A stretch of DNA of 64,000 nt. Source: Dehalococcoidia bacterium (lineage in GTDB: Bacteria; Chloroflexota; Dehalococcoidia; Plut-88900). Location: contig OZ240215.1 of assembly GCA_965197585.1 (NCBI GenBank), positions 3,008,001 through 3,072,000 on the forward strand, read 5' to 3'. The position numbers were made by a program, and so were the translations under genes. Each line of letters opens with the position of its first letter. Position 1 is the stretch's first letter. Below are positions 9,902-19,364 of this stretch, piece after piece. The notes beneath the pieces are model-generated. The model was not told the origin of the DNA, ran no database searches, and saw only the letters and a program-made list of their open reading frames with translations.

Positions 9902-10906
9902 GTGAAGTTCGGCCTTTTCATCAATGCCCAGCATCCGGCAGGGGAGTCGGTTTCTCAGCGCATCGCCGAAGCCTCCGAGCAGACCCGCCTCGCCCGCGAA
10001 GCCGGGTTCCACATGATCTGCGCCGGCCAGCACTACCTCTCCCACCCATACCAGATGAGCGCCATCATCCCCCTCCTCGCCAGGCTCACCGCCGACGCCG
10101 AGGGCATGGAGATCGCGGCTACGGTGCTCCTCATTCCTCTTCTCAACCCGGTTGACGTCGCCGAGACCTCAGCAACCCTGGACGCCATGTCCGGCGGCCG
10201 CTTCGTACTGGGAATCGGGATTGGGTACCGGGACGAGGAGTACACCGCCTTCGGTATCAAACGCTCCGAACGCATCCCCCGCCTCAACGAGGCCATGGAA
10301 ATCATCCGCCTTCTCTGGACCGAAGATGAGGTGGAGTACAACGGCAGGTATTACCAAATTCCCAAAGTTCGGGTCGCCACCCGGCCAGTTCAGAAACCCC
10401 ATCCGCCCATATGGGTAGCCGCCAACGGGCCTCCGGCCATCGCCAGGGCTGCTCGCTGGGGATATCCGTGGGTCATCAATCCCCACGCCACCATCGGTTT
10501 GATTTCCGGCCAGCTTGACTACTACCGCAAGGTCGCAGCAGAGGCCGGTCAACCCATCCCCGACACCCTACCCATGATGCGCGAGCTCTACGTAGCCCCC
10601 GACTCCGCAACAGCCTACGCCGAAAGCCGACCCTACCTCGAAAGCAAGTACGCCGCCTACGCATCCTGGGGACAGGACAAAGAGCTGCCCGAAGGCGAGT
10701 CCTTCTCCGTCCCATTCGACCAACTGGCCCGAGACCGCTTCCTGATCGGTAACCCCGAGGAAGTCGTCCGCGAAATCCAGCGCTACCGCGACGAATTGGG
10801 CGTCAACCACCTGAACATACGGCTGCAGTGGCCCGGCATGCCCCACGCCAACGCCATGCGTCAGCTGGAGCTCCTCGGCAAGGAAGTCCTTCCCAGGTTC
10901 CAGTAG
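9902..10906 (+). CDS. LLM-class flavin-dependent oxidoreductase
   Basis: MKFGLF, PVDVAETSATLDAMSGGRFVLGIGIGYR, PVQKPHPPIWVA. Confidence 0.93.
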   Translation: MKFGLFINAQHPAGESVSQRIAEASEQTRLAREAGFHMICAGQHYLSHPYQMSAIIPLLARLTADAEGMEIAATVLLIPLLNPVDVAETSATLDAMSGGRFVLGIGIGYRDEEYTAFGIKRSERIPRLNEAMEIIRLLWTEDEVEYNGRYYQIPKVRVATRPVQKPHPPIWVAANGPPAIARAARWGYPWVINPHATIGLISGQLDYYRKVAAEAGQPIPDTLPMMRELYVAPDSATAYAESRPYLESKYAAYASWGQDKELPEGESFSVPFDQLARDRFLIGNPEEVVREIQRYRDELGVNHLNIRLQWPGMPHANAMRQLELLGKEVLPRFQ

Positions 10907-10935
10907 GAGGGCCGGAGAAACATGAAGGACGAGCA

Positions 10936-11883
10936 ATGAACCGGCTAGTAATACGAGACCGCACCACCGTCGGCATTGCCGTTCCCCAGATGTTCCCGCC
11001 CGGGCCCACCGACCTCGGTCTCATCAAGGAGCACCTTACCCTCGTCGAGGCCCTGGGCTACGAAAGCGTCTGGACCCAGCATGGCGTCTTTGCCACCAGC
11101 CCCAACCTGGACCCTTTCACCCTTCTCGCTTTCGCCGCATCCTGCACCCGAACCATCAAGCTCGGCATCTCTGTCGTCGTCCTTCCCTACCACGATCCCG
11201 TGAATGTGGCCAAGATTTCGGCGAGCCTCGACCAGATCTCGGGAGGACGGCTCATCCTGGGAGTGGGAATAGGCGGGGACGGTGAATCCTACCCGGCCTT
11301 CGGATTCGACGCCTCCCACCGGATTGCCCGCTTCGAAGATGCCGTCACCCTGATCCGCAGGCTGTGGGCCGAGCCCAGCGTCGACTTCCAAAACCGCTTC
11401 TGGAACCTGGAAAACGTCTCCATAAACCCAAAGCCCCTCCAGAAGCCCCACATCCCGATCTGGTTCGGCGCTTCCGCCGACTCCGCGGTCGAGCGCTCGG
11501 CAAGAATGGGCGACGGATTCATGGGTGCAGGCGCCGCAAACGCCTCCGATATCGCTGCGTTCAGGAAGGTTCTCGCCAAGCTGCGCTCTTCCCTCGAAGA
11601 GAACGGCCGAGACCCTGCCACCTTCCCAATCTCCAAACGGGTCTACCTCGCCATCGACGATGACAGGGAGTCCGCGAACCGCAAGATCCAGCAATGGTTC
11701 CTTGACCATTACCACAGCGCCGAACTGGGGATGAAGGTCTCACTAATAGGCTCTGTGGACGAGATCGTTGACAAGCTCGGGCCCCTGGCCGAAGAAGGGC
11801 TGGACATGATCATGTTCAACCCCGTCTACAATCTCATCGAGCACGCTCAAGTAATCGCCGAACAGGTTGTGCCCCAGCTCTAG
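10936..11883 (+). CDS. LLM-class flavin-dependent oxidoreductase
   Basis: AKISASLDQISGGRLILGVGIG, PKPLQKPHIPIWFG; start at ATG 10936. Confidence 0.92.
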   Translation: MNRLVIRDRTTVGIAVPQMFPPGPTDLGLIKEHLTLVEALGYESVWTQHGVFATSPNLDPFTLLAFAASCTRTIKLGISVVVLPYHDPVNVAKISASLDQISGGRLILGVGIGGDGESYPAFGFDASHRIARFEDAVTLIRRLWAEPSVDFQNRFWNLENVSINPKPLQKPHIPIWFGASADSAVERSARMGDGFMGAGAANASDIAAFRKVLAKLRSSLEENGRDPATFPISKRVYLAIDDDRESANRKIQQWFLDHYHSAELGMKVSLIGSVDEIVDKLGPLAEEGLDMIMFNPVYNLIEHAQVIAEQVVPQL

Positions 11884-11978
11884 CAACCCCGGTTACCAGT
11901 CCATATTGTGCACGGATCCTTAATGCCTGCTATCATCTACGCTGTCTCATTCACGCCCACTATCAGGAGACCGCAGAC

Positions 11979-13469
11979 ATGCAGACCCTAGCCCAACTGC
12001 TCGACGCCGGGGCCCCGGACAAAGCCGCCGTAGTAGTGCCTGGTGGTCCGACCCTAACCTACCGGCAGCTCCGAGACCAGGTCGAAGAGTTGGCCTCTAC
12101 CCTATCTGCCGCTGGTCTCTCTAGGGGACAGGCGGCGTCCATAGCCTTGGGCAACGACATCCGGTTCGTAGCCACTTTCCTTGCCGTGGCCCGGCTGGGA
12201 GCGGTCGCCGCCCCCCTCAACCCCAACTACACCGAAGACGAGTATCGTTTCTACATGGAGGACGCGGGCGCTTCACTGGCCATACTCCCGCCGGAGGAGC
12301 ACCCAGCGCGGGGAGCGGCCCAAGAGCTCGGACTCCTCTGCATCGAGGCCCATGACTCGGGTGACGGGGCAGTCCGCCTGACTCGGGAAGGCGCAACGCT
12401 AGAGGGCGGTGGCCAGCCAGAAGGCCCCACCCCTGACGACATAGCGCTCTTTCTCCACACCAGCGGAACTACCAGCCGCCCCAAGGGCGTCCCCCTCAGC
12501 CATGCGAACCTCGCGTCATCCCTCAAAAACATCGTAGGCACCTACGGCCTCTCGGAAGAGGACAGGGCCCTGATGATTATGCCCCTGTTCCATGTTCATG
12601 GTCTCATCGGCGTCCTTTTCTCCACCTTCGCCAGCGGAGGAACGAACATCGTCCCAAGCCGTTTCAGTGCCAGCAACTTCTGGCCCGTGGCCCTGGAGCA
12701 GGCCGCCACCTGGTACTCCGGCGTCCCGACCATGCACCAGATCCTCCTCTCCCGCGCCGACAGCGACAACGCACCTCGCGGCACCTTCCGCTTTATCCGC
12801 TCCTGCAGCGCCGCACTGGCTCCCGCCGTCCTCGAAGGACTGGAGGCCCGCTTCGACTCCCCCGTCCTCGAGGCATACGGTATGACCGAGGCATCTCACC
12901 AGATGTCCTCCAACCCCCTGCCTCCGGCTCAGCGCTTTGCAGGGACAGTGGGCCGGGGCACCGGCGTCCGCATCGCCATCATGGACGAGGCTGGGGCCAT
13001 GCTCGCAGACGGGGATCGAGGCGAAGTCGTGATCATGGGAGCCAACGTCATGAAGGGCTACCGCAACAACCCCGAGGCCAACGCCTCCTCCTTTGCCGAC
13101 GGCTGGTTCAGGACAGGCGACCAGGGCTTCCTCGACGACCTCGGATATCTCAACATTACGGGCCGTTTGAAGGAGCTGATCAACCGTGGCGGCGAGAAGA
13201 TCGCTCCCCTGGAAGTCGACGCAGTCCTTGCCCAGCATCCCGCCGTGCAGGACGCCATATGCTTCGGCGTACCTGACGAAAAATTCGGCGAAGAAGTCCA
13301 CGCCGCTGTCGTGCTAAACGGAGATGTCACGCAGGAGGACATCCAGGCCTTCTGCCAAAAGCACCTCATCGATTTTAAGGTCCCCAAGACCGTACACATA
13401 GTCGACACCCTTCCGCGCACCGCCACCGGCAAGATACAGCGCCGAAACGTCGCCGCACTGTTTAGCTAA
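11979..13469 (+). CDS. Acyl-CoA synthetase, oxalate-CoA ligase (AAE3/Pcs60)-like
   Basis: LHTSGTTSRPKGVPL, PLFHVHGL, RFIRSCSA, EAYGMTE, WFRTGD, PRTATGKIQR. Confidence 0.9.
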   Translation: MQTLAQLLDAGAPDKAAVVVPGGPTLTYRQLRDQVEELASTLSAAGLSRGQAASIALGNDIRFVATFLAVARLGAVAAPLNPNYTEDEYRFYMEDAGASLAILPPEEHPARGAAQELGLLCIEAHDSGDGAVRLTREGATLEGGGQPEGPTPDDIALFLHTSGTTSRPKGVPLSHANLASSLKNIVGTYGLSEEDRALMIMPLFHVHGLIGVLFSTFASGGTNIVPSRFSASNFWPVALEQAATWYSGVPTMHQILLSRADSDNAPRGTFRFIRSCSAALAPAVLEGLEARFDSPVLEAYGMTEASHQMSSNPLPPAQRFAGTVGRGTGVRIAIMDEAGAMLADGDRGEVVIMGANVMKGYRNNPEANASSFADGWFRTGDQGFLDDLGYLNITGRLKELINRGGEKIAPLEVDAVLAQHPAVQDAICFGVPDEKFGEEVHAAVVLNGDVTQEDIQAFCQKHLIDFKVPKTVHIVDTLPRTATGKIQRRNVAALFS

Positions 13470-13470
13470 C

Positions 13471-13671
13471 ATGCCTAAATCAACGCCCCCAATCCCCCGC
13501 CCATGGTCCAAAGTCCTCCTCTGGGCCGCAGCAATCACGCTGGCCATAGTCCTGGCGACCGCCATCATCAACCCTCTCTTCGATCGCGTCGTCAACTGGG
13601 GCTTGCTCTTCATACTCGCGACGCTGGTCTTCATAGTCCTCGTCACGGCCTTCCGCCGGCGCTGGTTCTAA
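13471..13671 (+). CDS. Small two-TM membrane protein
   Basis: 66 aa, two hydrophobic helices, basic C-terminus; starts 1 nt after the upstream stop. Confidence 0.6.
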   Translation: MPKSTPPIPRPWSKVLLWAAAITLAIVLATAIINPLFDRVVNWGLLFILATLVFIVLVTAFRRRWF

Positions 13672-13719
13672 CCACCCATCCCCAGGTGGGGGGCCGCTCA
13701 CCCTGAGCAAGCTGGAAGT

Positions 13720-14075
13720 GCGCCGTGCTGTAAGTCCGCCTTTGGCGGAGAGCATCGAAGGGTCGACCGGGCGCAGGCCCGCGCCCCTCCAATCCATCAC
13801 ACCCATCCACCCCCACCCCCGGAGGGGAACCTGTCCGCCCAAGGCGGATCATCCCGAGGCTCCGCGAGGGATCTGGGGAGAGGGGTCCAGTCCCCTCTCC
13901 CTCCCTTTACTCCGTCATTCCTGCGGAGGCAGGTCGCAGATGCGCCAAGGCGCGAACCCATCCCTCCTGAAAGCACACCCCCGCCGAGCCGAAATCCATC
14001 CCCAGGGGTGGGGAATTCCGTTCGCCCTGAGCGAAGTCGAAGGGTCTCAAGAACGGAATGGGGTGGTGTCCCCTA
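13720..14075. repeat. Cluster of REP-like palindromic modules
   Basis: tccgcctttggcgga, ccgaggctccgcgagg, ggggagaggggtccagtcccctctcc, ttcctgcggaggcagg and ccctgagcgaagtcgaaggg, each recurring elsewhere in the window. Confidence 0.8.
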
Positions 14076-14097
14076 CCCCAAAAGTGACACGAACCCC

Positions 14098-14127
14098 TTG
14101 ACTCAACATGAACATGCGTACTATATT
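14098..14127 (+). promoter_or_regulatory. Sigma70-type promoter TTGACT-N18-TATATT with a LexA-box-like GAAC-N4-GTAC in the spacer
   Basis: Same spacing in all three copies (27210-27239 -, 54885-54914 -). Confidence 0.7.
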
Positions 14128-14209
14128 ACCTCTCAGGCCCGACTCCCCACGTCGGCCCTAATCAAGGAAAGGTGGAACATCCGCCCCCTGGCGGAACAAA
14201 AGGAGTCCC

Positions 14210-15283
14210 ATGAGTCGCACAAGCCTTCATATGCCCCATCGTTACCGAGCGGTATGTCACCGCCCGGCCACAGGCACGCGCCTCCTCCCCAATCCCTTTC
14301 CTCCCACCATCCTACGCATCAACACCCACTACAAGCGCTGCCCCAGGGCCGAACGCCTCCGCCTCCGCAGCGATCAATCATCGTCCCGCCTCCTGCATGG
14401 AAGGTCCCCGGACAAATCAAGGCACGCCCTGCTGCAGGGCAGCCGCCTCCGCATCAGCGCCCCCGTCGAGGGGCATACTTACGTCGCCGACTTAGTCCTT
14501 GCCGGCGAATCCCAACAGTCGGATGAGCGCCGACTCAAAACCAACGCACCATTTAAGGATTCCACCGTCGTCACAACCGGAGAACTTCCGACTACGAACG
14601 CCGGTCTCGGGTCCCCGCTCCCATCCCTTAGGGTGGTCGAGCACTTCTGGTGGTCGAGACCGCCCCACACCGAGAATTTCTCGGCTCTCCTCCACATCCT
14701 CTCAGAAGTCAGGGGCAAGGATTCCACCGTCGTCACAACCGGACTACTTCCGACTACGAACGCCGGTCTCGGGTCCCCGCTCCCATCCCTTAGGGTGGTC
14801 GAGCACTTCTGGTGGTCGGGACTGCCCCACACCGAGAATTTCTCGGGTCTCGTTCACATCCCCTCAGAAGTTCGGGGCTGTAGCAAAGCCGGCTTCGATG
14901 TGGAACATCCGCTGTCGCGGACAACACCCATCGGTACAGGCGTCGCCGCCTTCCTGCGCAATCGTCCGGGACCTTCCATCCCCTTCCCCTCCCGTTTTCT
15001 CCGTCTTTCCTGCGGAGGCAGGTCGCAGATGCGCCAAGGCGTGAATCCATTCCCGAAAGGGCAGGGGCCCCGCTCCTCGGGGCGTACCCTCCCCTCCCTC
15101 CCCCTTGTCCATTCCCCCAGTAGGGACGACCGGCCGGTCGCCCTGGGTGTGGGCGCCCCGAATAGGGCGTCCACACCTCTCCCCCTCCCTTTTACCATTC
15201 CGAGGCTCCGCGAGGAATCTCGGACTTGCCCGCTCACCCTTCCCCCCCACCTCACCCCACCCTCGAAAGGGGCCGCCTACTAG
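14210..15283 (+). CDS. Hypothetical protein of repeat element copy A (357 aa)
   Basis: AAGGAG RBS and ATG conserved in three copies; frame preserved across indels; no recognisable family. Confidence 0.55.
   Translation: MSRTSLHMPHRYRAVCHRPATGTRLLPNPFPPTILRINTHYKRCPRAERLRLRSDQSSSRLLHGRSPDKSRHALLQGSRLRISAPVEGHTYVADLVLAGESQQSDERRLKTNAPFKDSTVVTTGELPTTNAGLGSPLPSLRVVEHFWWSRPPHTENFSALLHILSEVRGKDSTVVTTGLLPTTNAGLGSPLPSLRVVEHFWWSGLPHTENFSGLVHIPSEVRGCSKAGFDVEHPLSRTTPIGTGVAAFLRNRPGPSIPFPSRFLRLSCGGRSQMRQGVNPFPKGQGPRSSGRTLPSLPLVHSPSRDDRPVALGVGAPNRASTPLPLPFTIPRLREESRTCPLTLPPHLTPPSKGAAY
14555..14878 (+). repeat. In-frame 162-bp tandem duplication inside copy A
   Basis: aaggattccaccgtcgtcacaaccgg starts at 14555 and 14717; near-identical 54-aa units. 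Confidence 0.95.
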
Positions 15284-15505
15284 CCCATACCCTCAAAATG
15301 CCCCATGCCCATCCTGGGGAAACACCGCAGAACAATCAAAGATCACGCCTGAGTCCGCACATCAATCAAACCTCCCCCTTCATGCCTGGCCCGTCGGCCC
15401 AATCAGGGCATCAATCTGCAGCGGCTGTTTCCGTTGTCCCTCCTGTCACACTGGGTTAGAATGCCGGAGCGTGATTCTACACAGTCCCCTGCCCGGAGGT
15501 AGCCA

Positions 15506-16375
15506 TTGCCCTACGACACCCTGCTCTACGAAAAGACCGGCCAAATCGTCAAGGTGACCCTTAACAGACCCGACGTCCTGAACGCCATCAGCGACGAGAT
15601 GGTAAAGGAGATCCGGCTGGCCATTGATGAGGCCGACGCCGACCCCGGAGTCCGCGTCGTCATCCTCACGGGCGCCGGACGCTCCTTCTCCGCCGGCTAT
15701 GACATCAAGCCCCGTGAAGACGGGCGTCCTGCAGCCGACCCGCAGGGCTTTGAAATTGGCGACTATATCAAGCTCTGGTGGGACCGGGACGCCTACGACA
15801 CCGATCAATTCACCCATTTCTGGAAGCTGGGCGTCCCAGTCATCGCTTCCGTCAGGGGCTACTGCTTTGGGGGCGGGTTCTGGTACAGCATGGCCTGCGA
15901 CATCACCATTGCCGCCGACAACGCCGTCTTCGGCCAGCCCGAGGTCCGGCACATTTCCAATACGTCATTCATGCTAGCTGCCCTCTCGAACTGGAAGCAG
16001 GCCCACCGCTGGGCCCTCACCGGTGACCACATGGGTGCCGAGGAGGCTCTCCGCATCGGTGTAGTCACACAGGTAGTCCCCGAGGCTGACCTGGACGCCG
16101 TAACCTGGGCCCTCGCCGAGCGCATAGCCCTCGTCCCCGAGGCCTCGGTCCGAGTCAACAAGGCAGTCACCTGGATGGGCATGGAGGCGATGGGACTCGG
16201 CGCTGCGATGCAGGTCAACGCTGCCCTCTCCAGCGTGGCCCACAGCTCCCACGGTGGCCATCGAGAGGCTCTCTGGGACGCACAGTCCACCGGAGGCCTC
16301 AAAGGCTTCCTGGAGGCCCGGGACGGCCCCTTCCTCCCCGAGCCCTTCGGCCCCAAGTCAAGGAAGAAGAAATGA
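15506..16375 (+). CDS. Enoyl-CoA hydratase/isomerase family protein
   Basis: VTLNRPDVLNAI, GAGRSFSAGYD, GYCFGGG, FGQPE. Confidence 0.93.
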   Translation: MPYDTLLYEKTGQIVKVTLNRPDVLNAISDEMVKEIRLAIDEADADPGVRVVILTGAGRSFSAGYDIKPREDGRPAADPQGFEIGDYIKLWWDRDAYDTDQFTHFWKLGVPVIASVRGYCFGGGFWYSMACDITIAADNAVFGQPEVRHISNTSFMLAALSNWKQAHRWALTGDHMGAEEALRIGVVTQVVPEADLDAVTWALAERIALVPEASVRVNKAVTWMGMEAMGLGAAMQVNAALSSVAHSSHGGHREALWDAQSTGGLKGFLEARDGPFLPEPFGPKSRKKK

Positions 16376-17919
16376 CCTCTCCCACCCACGACGCCATAGT
16401 CATCGGAGGGGGCCACAACGGCCTCACCTGCGCCGCGTACCTTGCCCGTGCCGGCCTCCGCGTCCTCGTTCTCGAGCGCCGTGACATAGTTGGCGGCGCT
16501 TGCACCACCGAGGAACTCATTCCCGGCTACCGGTTCCCCGCCTGCGCATACCACTGTCACATGCTCCAGGCCAAGGTCATCGACGACCTGCAGCTCCGCA
16601 ACTACGGCTTTGACGTCATCCCCCTTGATCCCGTCAGGTTCCTGCCCTACCCGGACGGCTCCTACATCAACCTCTGGCGGGACACGGACAGGATGATCAA
16701 GGAGATCGCAGCGATCTCCTCCAAAGACGCCGAGGCCTATCCCGCCTGGGATCGGTTCTGGGAGAAGGCCGCAGGCCTGGTCCAAGACTATGTCCTCGCT
16801 CCGGCCCCCACCCTCGCCCAGCTCTTCGACCGGGCTCGGGCCACGGGCGACGAGGATGTGCTGGAAACCATGCTTACCGTCAGCATGAAGGACCTCGTTG
16901 AGGAACATTTCGAGTCGGAGCAGGTGCGCGGCGCTTTCATTGGCGCCGCCGAGACCGGAGACCCCGCATCCGTGGGATCCGCCTTCGCTATTGCCTACTT
17001 CCACATCGATCGGTTCACCGAGCCCAGGAACATGGGCTTGGCAAAGGGCAGTATGGGCGCCATCACCCAGGCCATGGCCAGATCGGCCGCCAGCTTTGGG
17101 GCCGAGGTCCGCACCGACTCCCCCGTCTCCCAAATCATCGTCCGGGACGGGCGTGCCGTGGGCGTCGCCCTGGAGGACGGCGCCGAGTTCTACGCCCCAA
17201 CCATCGTCTCCAACGCCGATCCCAAGCGCACCTTCCTGGACCTGCTAGACCCCGACGACCTGGATTCCGACTTCCGGCGCAAGGTCAAACGCCTCAAGAC
17301 CCAATTCTCCAGCGTGAAGCTCCATTGCACGCTAACGGGTCTCCCCGACTTCAGCCGCCACCTGGGCCCGGGATTCGATCCCAAGATGTTGGCCATGATC
17401 AAGATTTGCCCTTCCGTCGAATACTTCGAGGCCAACCTCCAGGATGCCCTCGCCGGCCGCTTTACCGACAGCCCCCAGATGTACATCCAGATTCCCTCCG
17501 TATACGACGACTCCCTGGCCCCTCCAGGCAACCACGTCATGTCCATGTGGATGCAACTCCAGCCGGTCACCCTTTCCAACGGCGACTGGGACCACGCGCA
17601 CCAGCACATCTTCGATGTTCTCATGGATACCATGTCCGTCTACGCTCCCAACATCCGCGAAGTGGTCGACCAGTGGCAGGTGTTCACCCCTATGGATATC
17701 GAGCGGAGGGTTGGCCTCACCGACGGCAACATCCGCCAGCTCGACACTATTCCGGGACAACTCTTCTCTCGCCGCCCGCTCCCTGGATGGTCGGACTACA
17801 ACACCCCCGTCGACGGGCTTTACCTATGCGGTGGAGGAACACACCCCGGCGGAGAGGTCACCGGCGCCCCAGGACACAACGCAGCCCATGCCATCCTCTC
17901 CAACTTGGACCGCGCCTAG
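16372..17919 (+). CDS. Phytoene-desaturase-family FAD oxidoreductase (PYROXD2-like)
   Basis: IGGGHNGL Rossmann motif, VGGACTTEE, GSMGAIT, GLYLCGGGTHPGGEVTGAPGHNAA. Confidence 0.92.
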   Translation: MTSPTHDAIVIGGGHNGLTCAAYLARAGLRVLVLERRDIVGGACTTEELIPGYRFPACAYHCHMLQAKVIDDLQLRNYGFDVIPLDPVRFLPYPDGSYINLWRDTDRMIKEIAAISSKDAEAYPAWDRFWEKAAGLVQDYVLAPAPTLAQLFDRARATGDEDVLETMLTVSMKDLVEEHFESEQVRGAFIGAAETGDPASVGSAFAIAYFHIDRFTEPRNMGLAKGSMGAITQAMARSAASFGAEVRTDSPVSQIIVRDGRAVGVALEDGAEFYAPTIVSNADPKRTFLDLLDPDDLDSDFRRKVKRLKTQFSSVKLHCTLTGLPDFSRHLGPGFDPKMLAMIKICPSVEYFEANLQDALAGRFTDSPQMYIQIPSVYDDSLAPPGNHVMSMWMQLQPVTLSNGDWDHAHQHIFDVLMDTMSVYAPNIREVVDQWQVFTPMDIERRVGLTDGNIRQLDTIPGQLFSRRPLPGWSDYNTPVDGLYLCGGGTHPGGEVTGAPGHNAAHAILSNLDRA

Positions 17920-18416
17920 CCTCCGTACATTGCCCACAGAACCGACACGCCAGCGTCCCAATCTATCCACCTGCTCCCTTCAAATGGCTCGCGCCAACTG
18001 TGTGTGCCACCTTCATCTATTACGATCAGATGCCCTGCTTTTGCCCTGCCATCTTTCACAAAACCCTGAACCTTTTCTACATCTTTCTCTACATCACTCC
18101 ACGCAACAACGGGAAACTTTGTGCGCCAAATGTCGCCGCCCCTATCTGACCTTCTGTCTTTAGAAGGCTCATATTTGAATTCGATAACTGTCGCCACAGA
18201 GTCGTCGGGGTCTAGGATCACCAGGTCAGACCTCACATAGGGTTCCATTGTGTGCTCATGGAACACACGGTACTGGAGTTCTTCCTCCTGTATGGCCTTG
18301 TGAATCTGCAACTGGACACTCCAGACTAAGTCTCGCTCAGTAAAGAAGTGATATTCCCAGTAATGCTCCCGGAGCCTAAACATCGCACCATCGAATAGCT
18401 CATTTGCTGTTTTCAA
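17916..18416 (-). CDS. Hypothetical protein, probable PD-(D/E)XK nuclease fold
   Basis: FFTERDL...VFHE...RSDLVIL...VIEFKY; more AT-rich than its neighbours. Confidence 0.6.
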   Translation of the reverse strand: MKTANELFDGAMFRLREHYWEYHFFTERDLVWSVQLQIHKAIQEEELQYRVFHEHTMEPYVRSDLVILDPDDSVATVIEFKYEPSKDRRSDRGGDIWRTKFPVVAWSDVEKDVEKVQGFVKDGRAKAGHLIVIDEGGTHSWREPFEGSRWIDWDAGVSVLWAMYGG

Positions 18417-18422
18417 AGCAAG

Positions 18423-19364
18423 TCAACCCTCCTTGTCAGCCTGAGAAACCATACCCAGCCTCGTCCCAATAAACTCCGGTCGCCCGAGGATGAAGGCCTC
18501 TATCTCCATCCCCCGACTCCCCTCCGGTTGCACTTTCCTCAATGCAAGCTGCCCACGCCCCGTCTGCACCACCACCCCACCCCTCTCCTTAATCACCATC
18601 CCTGGGTCACCCACTCCTCCCTCGAAGGGTTCCGCCTCCAATACCTTCAGTCTCCGGCCCATCCATGTGGTGAATGAGCCCGGCCACGGGTCATATGCCC
18701 GAATAATTCTGTCTATCTTCACAGCCGGCAGAGCCCAGTTGACCTCCCCGTCCCCCCGAGTCGCCTTCCGGCTATACGTGGCCAGCGAGTCGTCCTGCAC
18801 AATTGGCTCGATCATACCCCGAAACCAGTCCCTCAGTGTTTCCGCCAAGAGTCGCGCCCCTATCTCAGCCAGTCTTCTGGTCAGCGCCCCAGTAGTGTCC
18901 CGCGGTCCAATCTCTATGCCGACAGAGCGGAAAACCGGCCCTGAGTCCACCTTCGGTACGACCTTCATTACCGTTACACCGGTCTCCTCGTCGCCCCCCA
19001 GAATCGCATTGGCCACCGGCGCCGGGCCTCGATGCCTCGGCAGCAGGGATGGATGGACGTTTAGGACACCATAGGTCGGCAGGTCCAGCGTCCATTTCGG
19101 GAGGATAAGGCCATACGCGGCGACGACAGCTATGTCAGGTTTGAGCGACTCCATCTCCACTCGCGCTTCCTGCGAGGAGAGAGTTTCCGGTTGGAATACG
19201 GGCAGACCCAGAGCCTCGGCCAGGACCTTGACCGGTGACTTCCTCGTCTTCTTACCCCTGCCGGAGGGTCGGTCCGGTTGAGTGTAGACCCCCACCACGC
19301 GCAACCCACTCCCGGCCAGGTGCTCTAGGGTCGGTACACCAAACTCGGGTGTTCCCATGAACAC
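18423..19364 (-). CDS. fmt: Methionyl-tRNA formyltransferase
   Basis: FMGTPEF, TQPDRPSGRG, VAAYGLIL, NVHPSLLPRHRGPAP. Confidence 0.97.
   Translation of the reverse strand: MFMGTPEFGVPTLEHLAGSGLRVVGVYTQPDRPSGRGKKTRKSPVKVLAEALGLPVFQPETLSSQEARVEMESLKPDIAVVAAYGLILPKWTLDLPTYGVLNVHPSLLPRHRGPAPVANAILGGDEETGVTVMKVVPKVDSGPVFRSVGIEIGPRDTTGALTRRLAEIGARLLAETLRDWFRGMIEPIVQDDSLATYSRKATRGDGEVNWALPAVKIDRIIRAYDPWPGSFTTWMGRRLKVLEAEPFEGGVGDPGMVIKERGGVVVQTGRGQLALRKVQPEGSRGMEIEAFILGRPEFIGTRLGMVSQADKEG

Larger units (their letters stand above)
14078..15380 (+). repeat. Dispersed repeat element, copy A
   Basis: Co-linear with 26075-27261(-) and 53935-54935(-) from ccc(a)aaagtgacac through promoter, leader and ORF to the aacaatca...tcaatcaaa tail. 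Confidence 0.9.
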
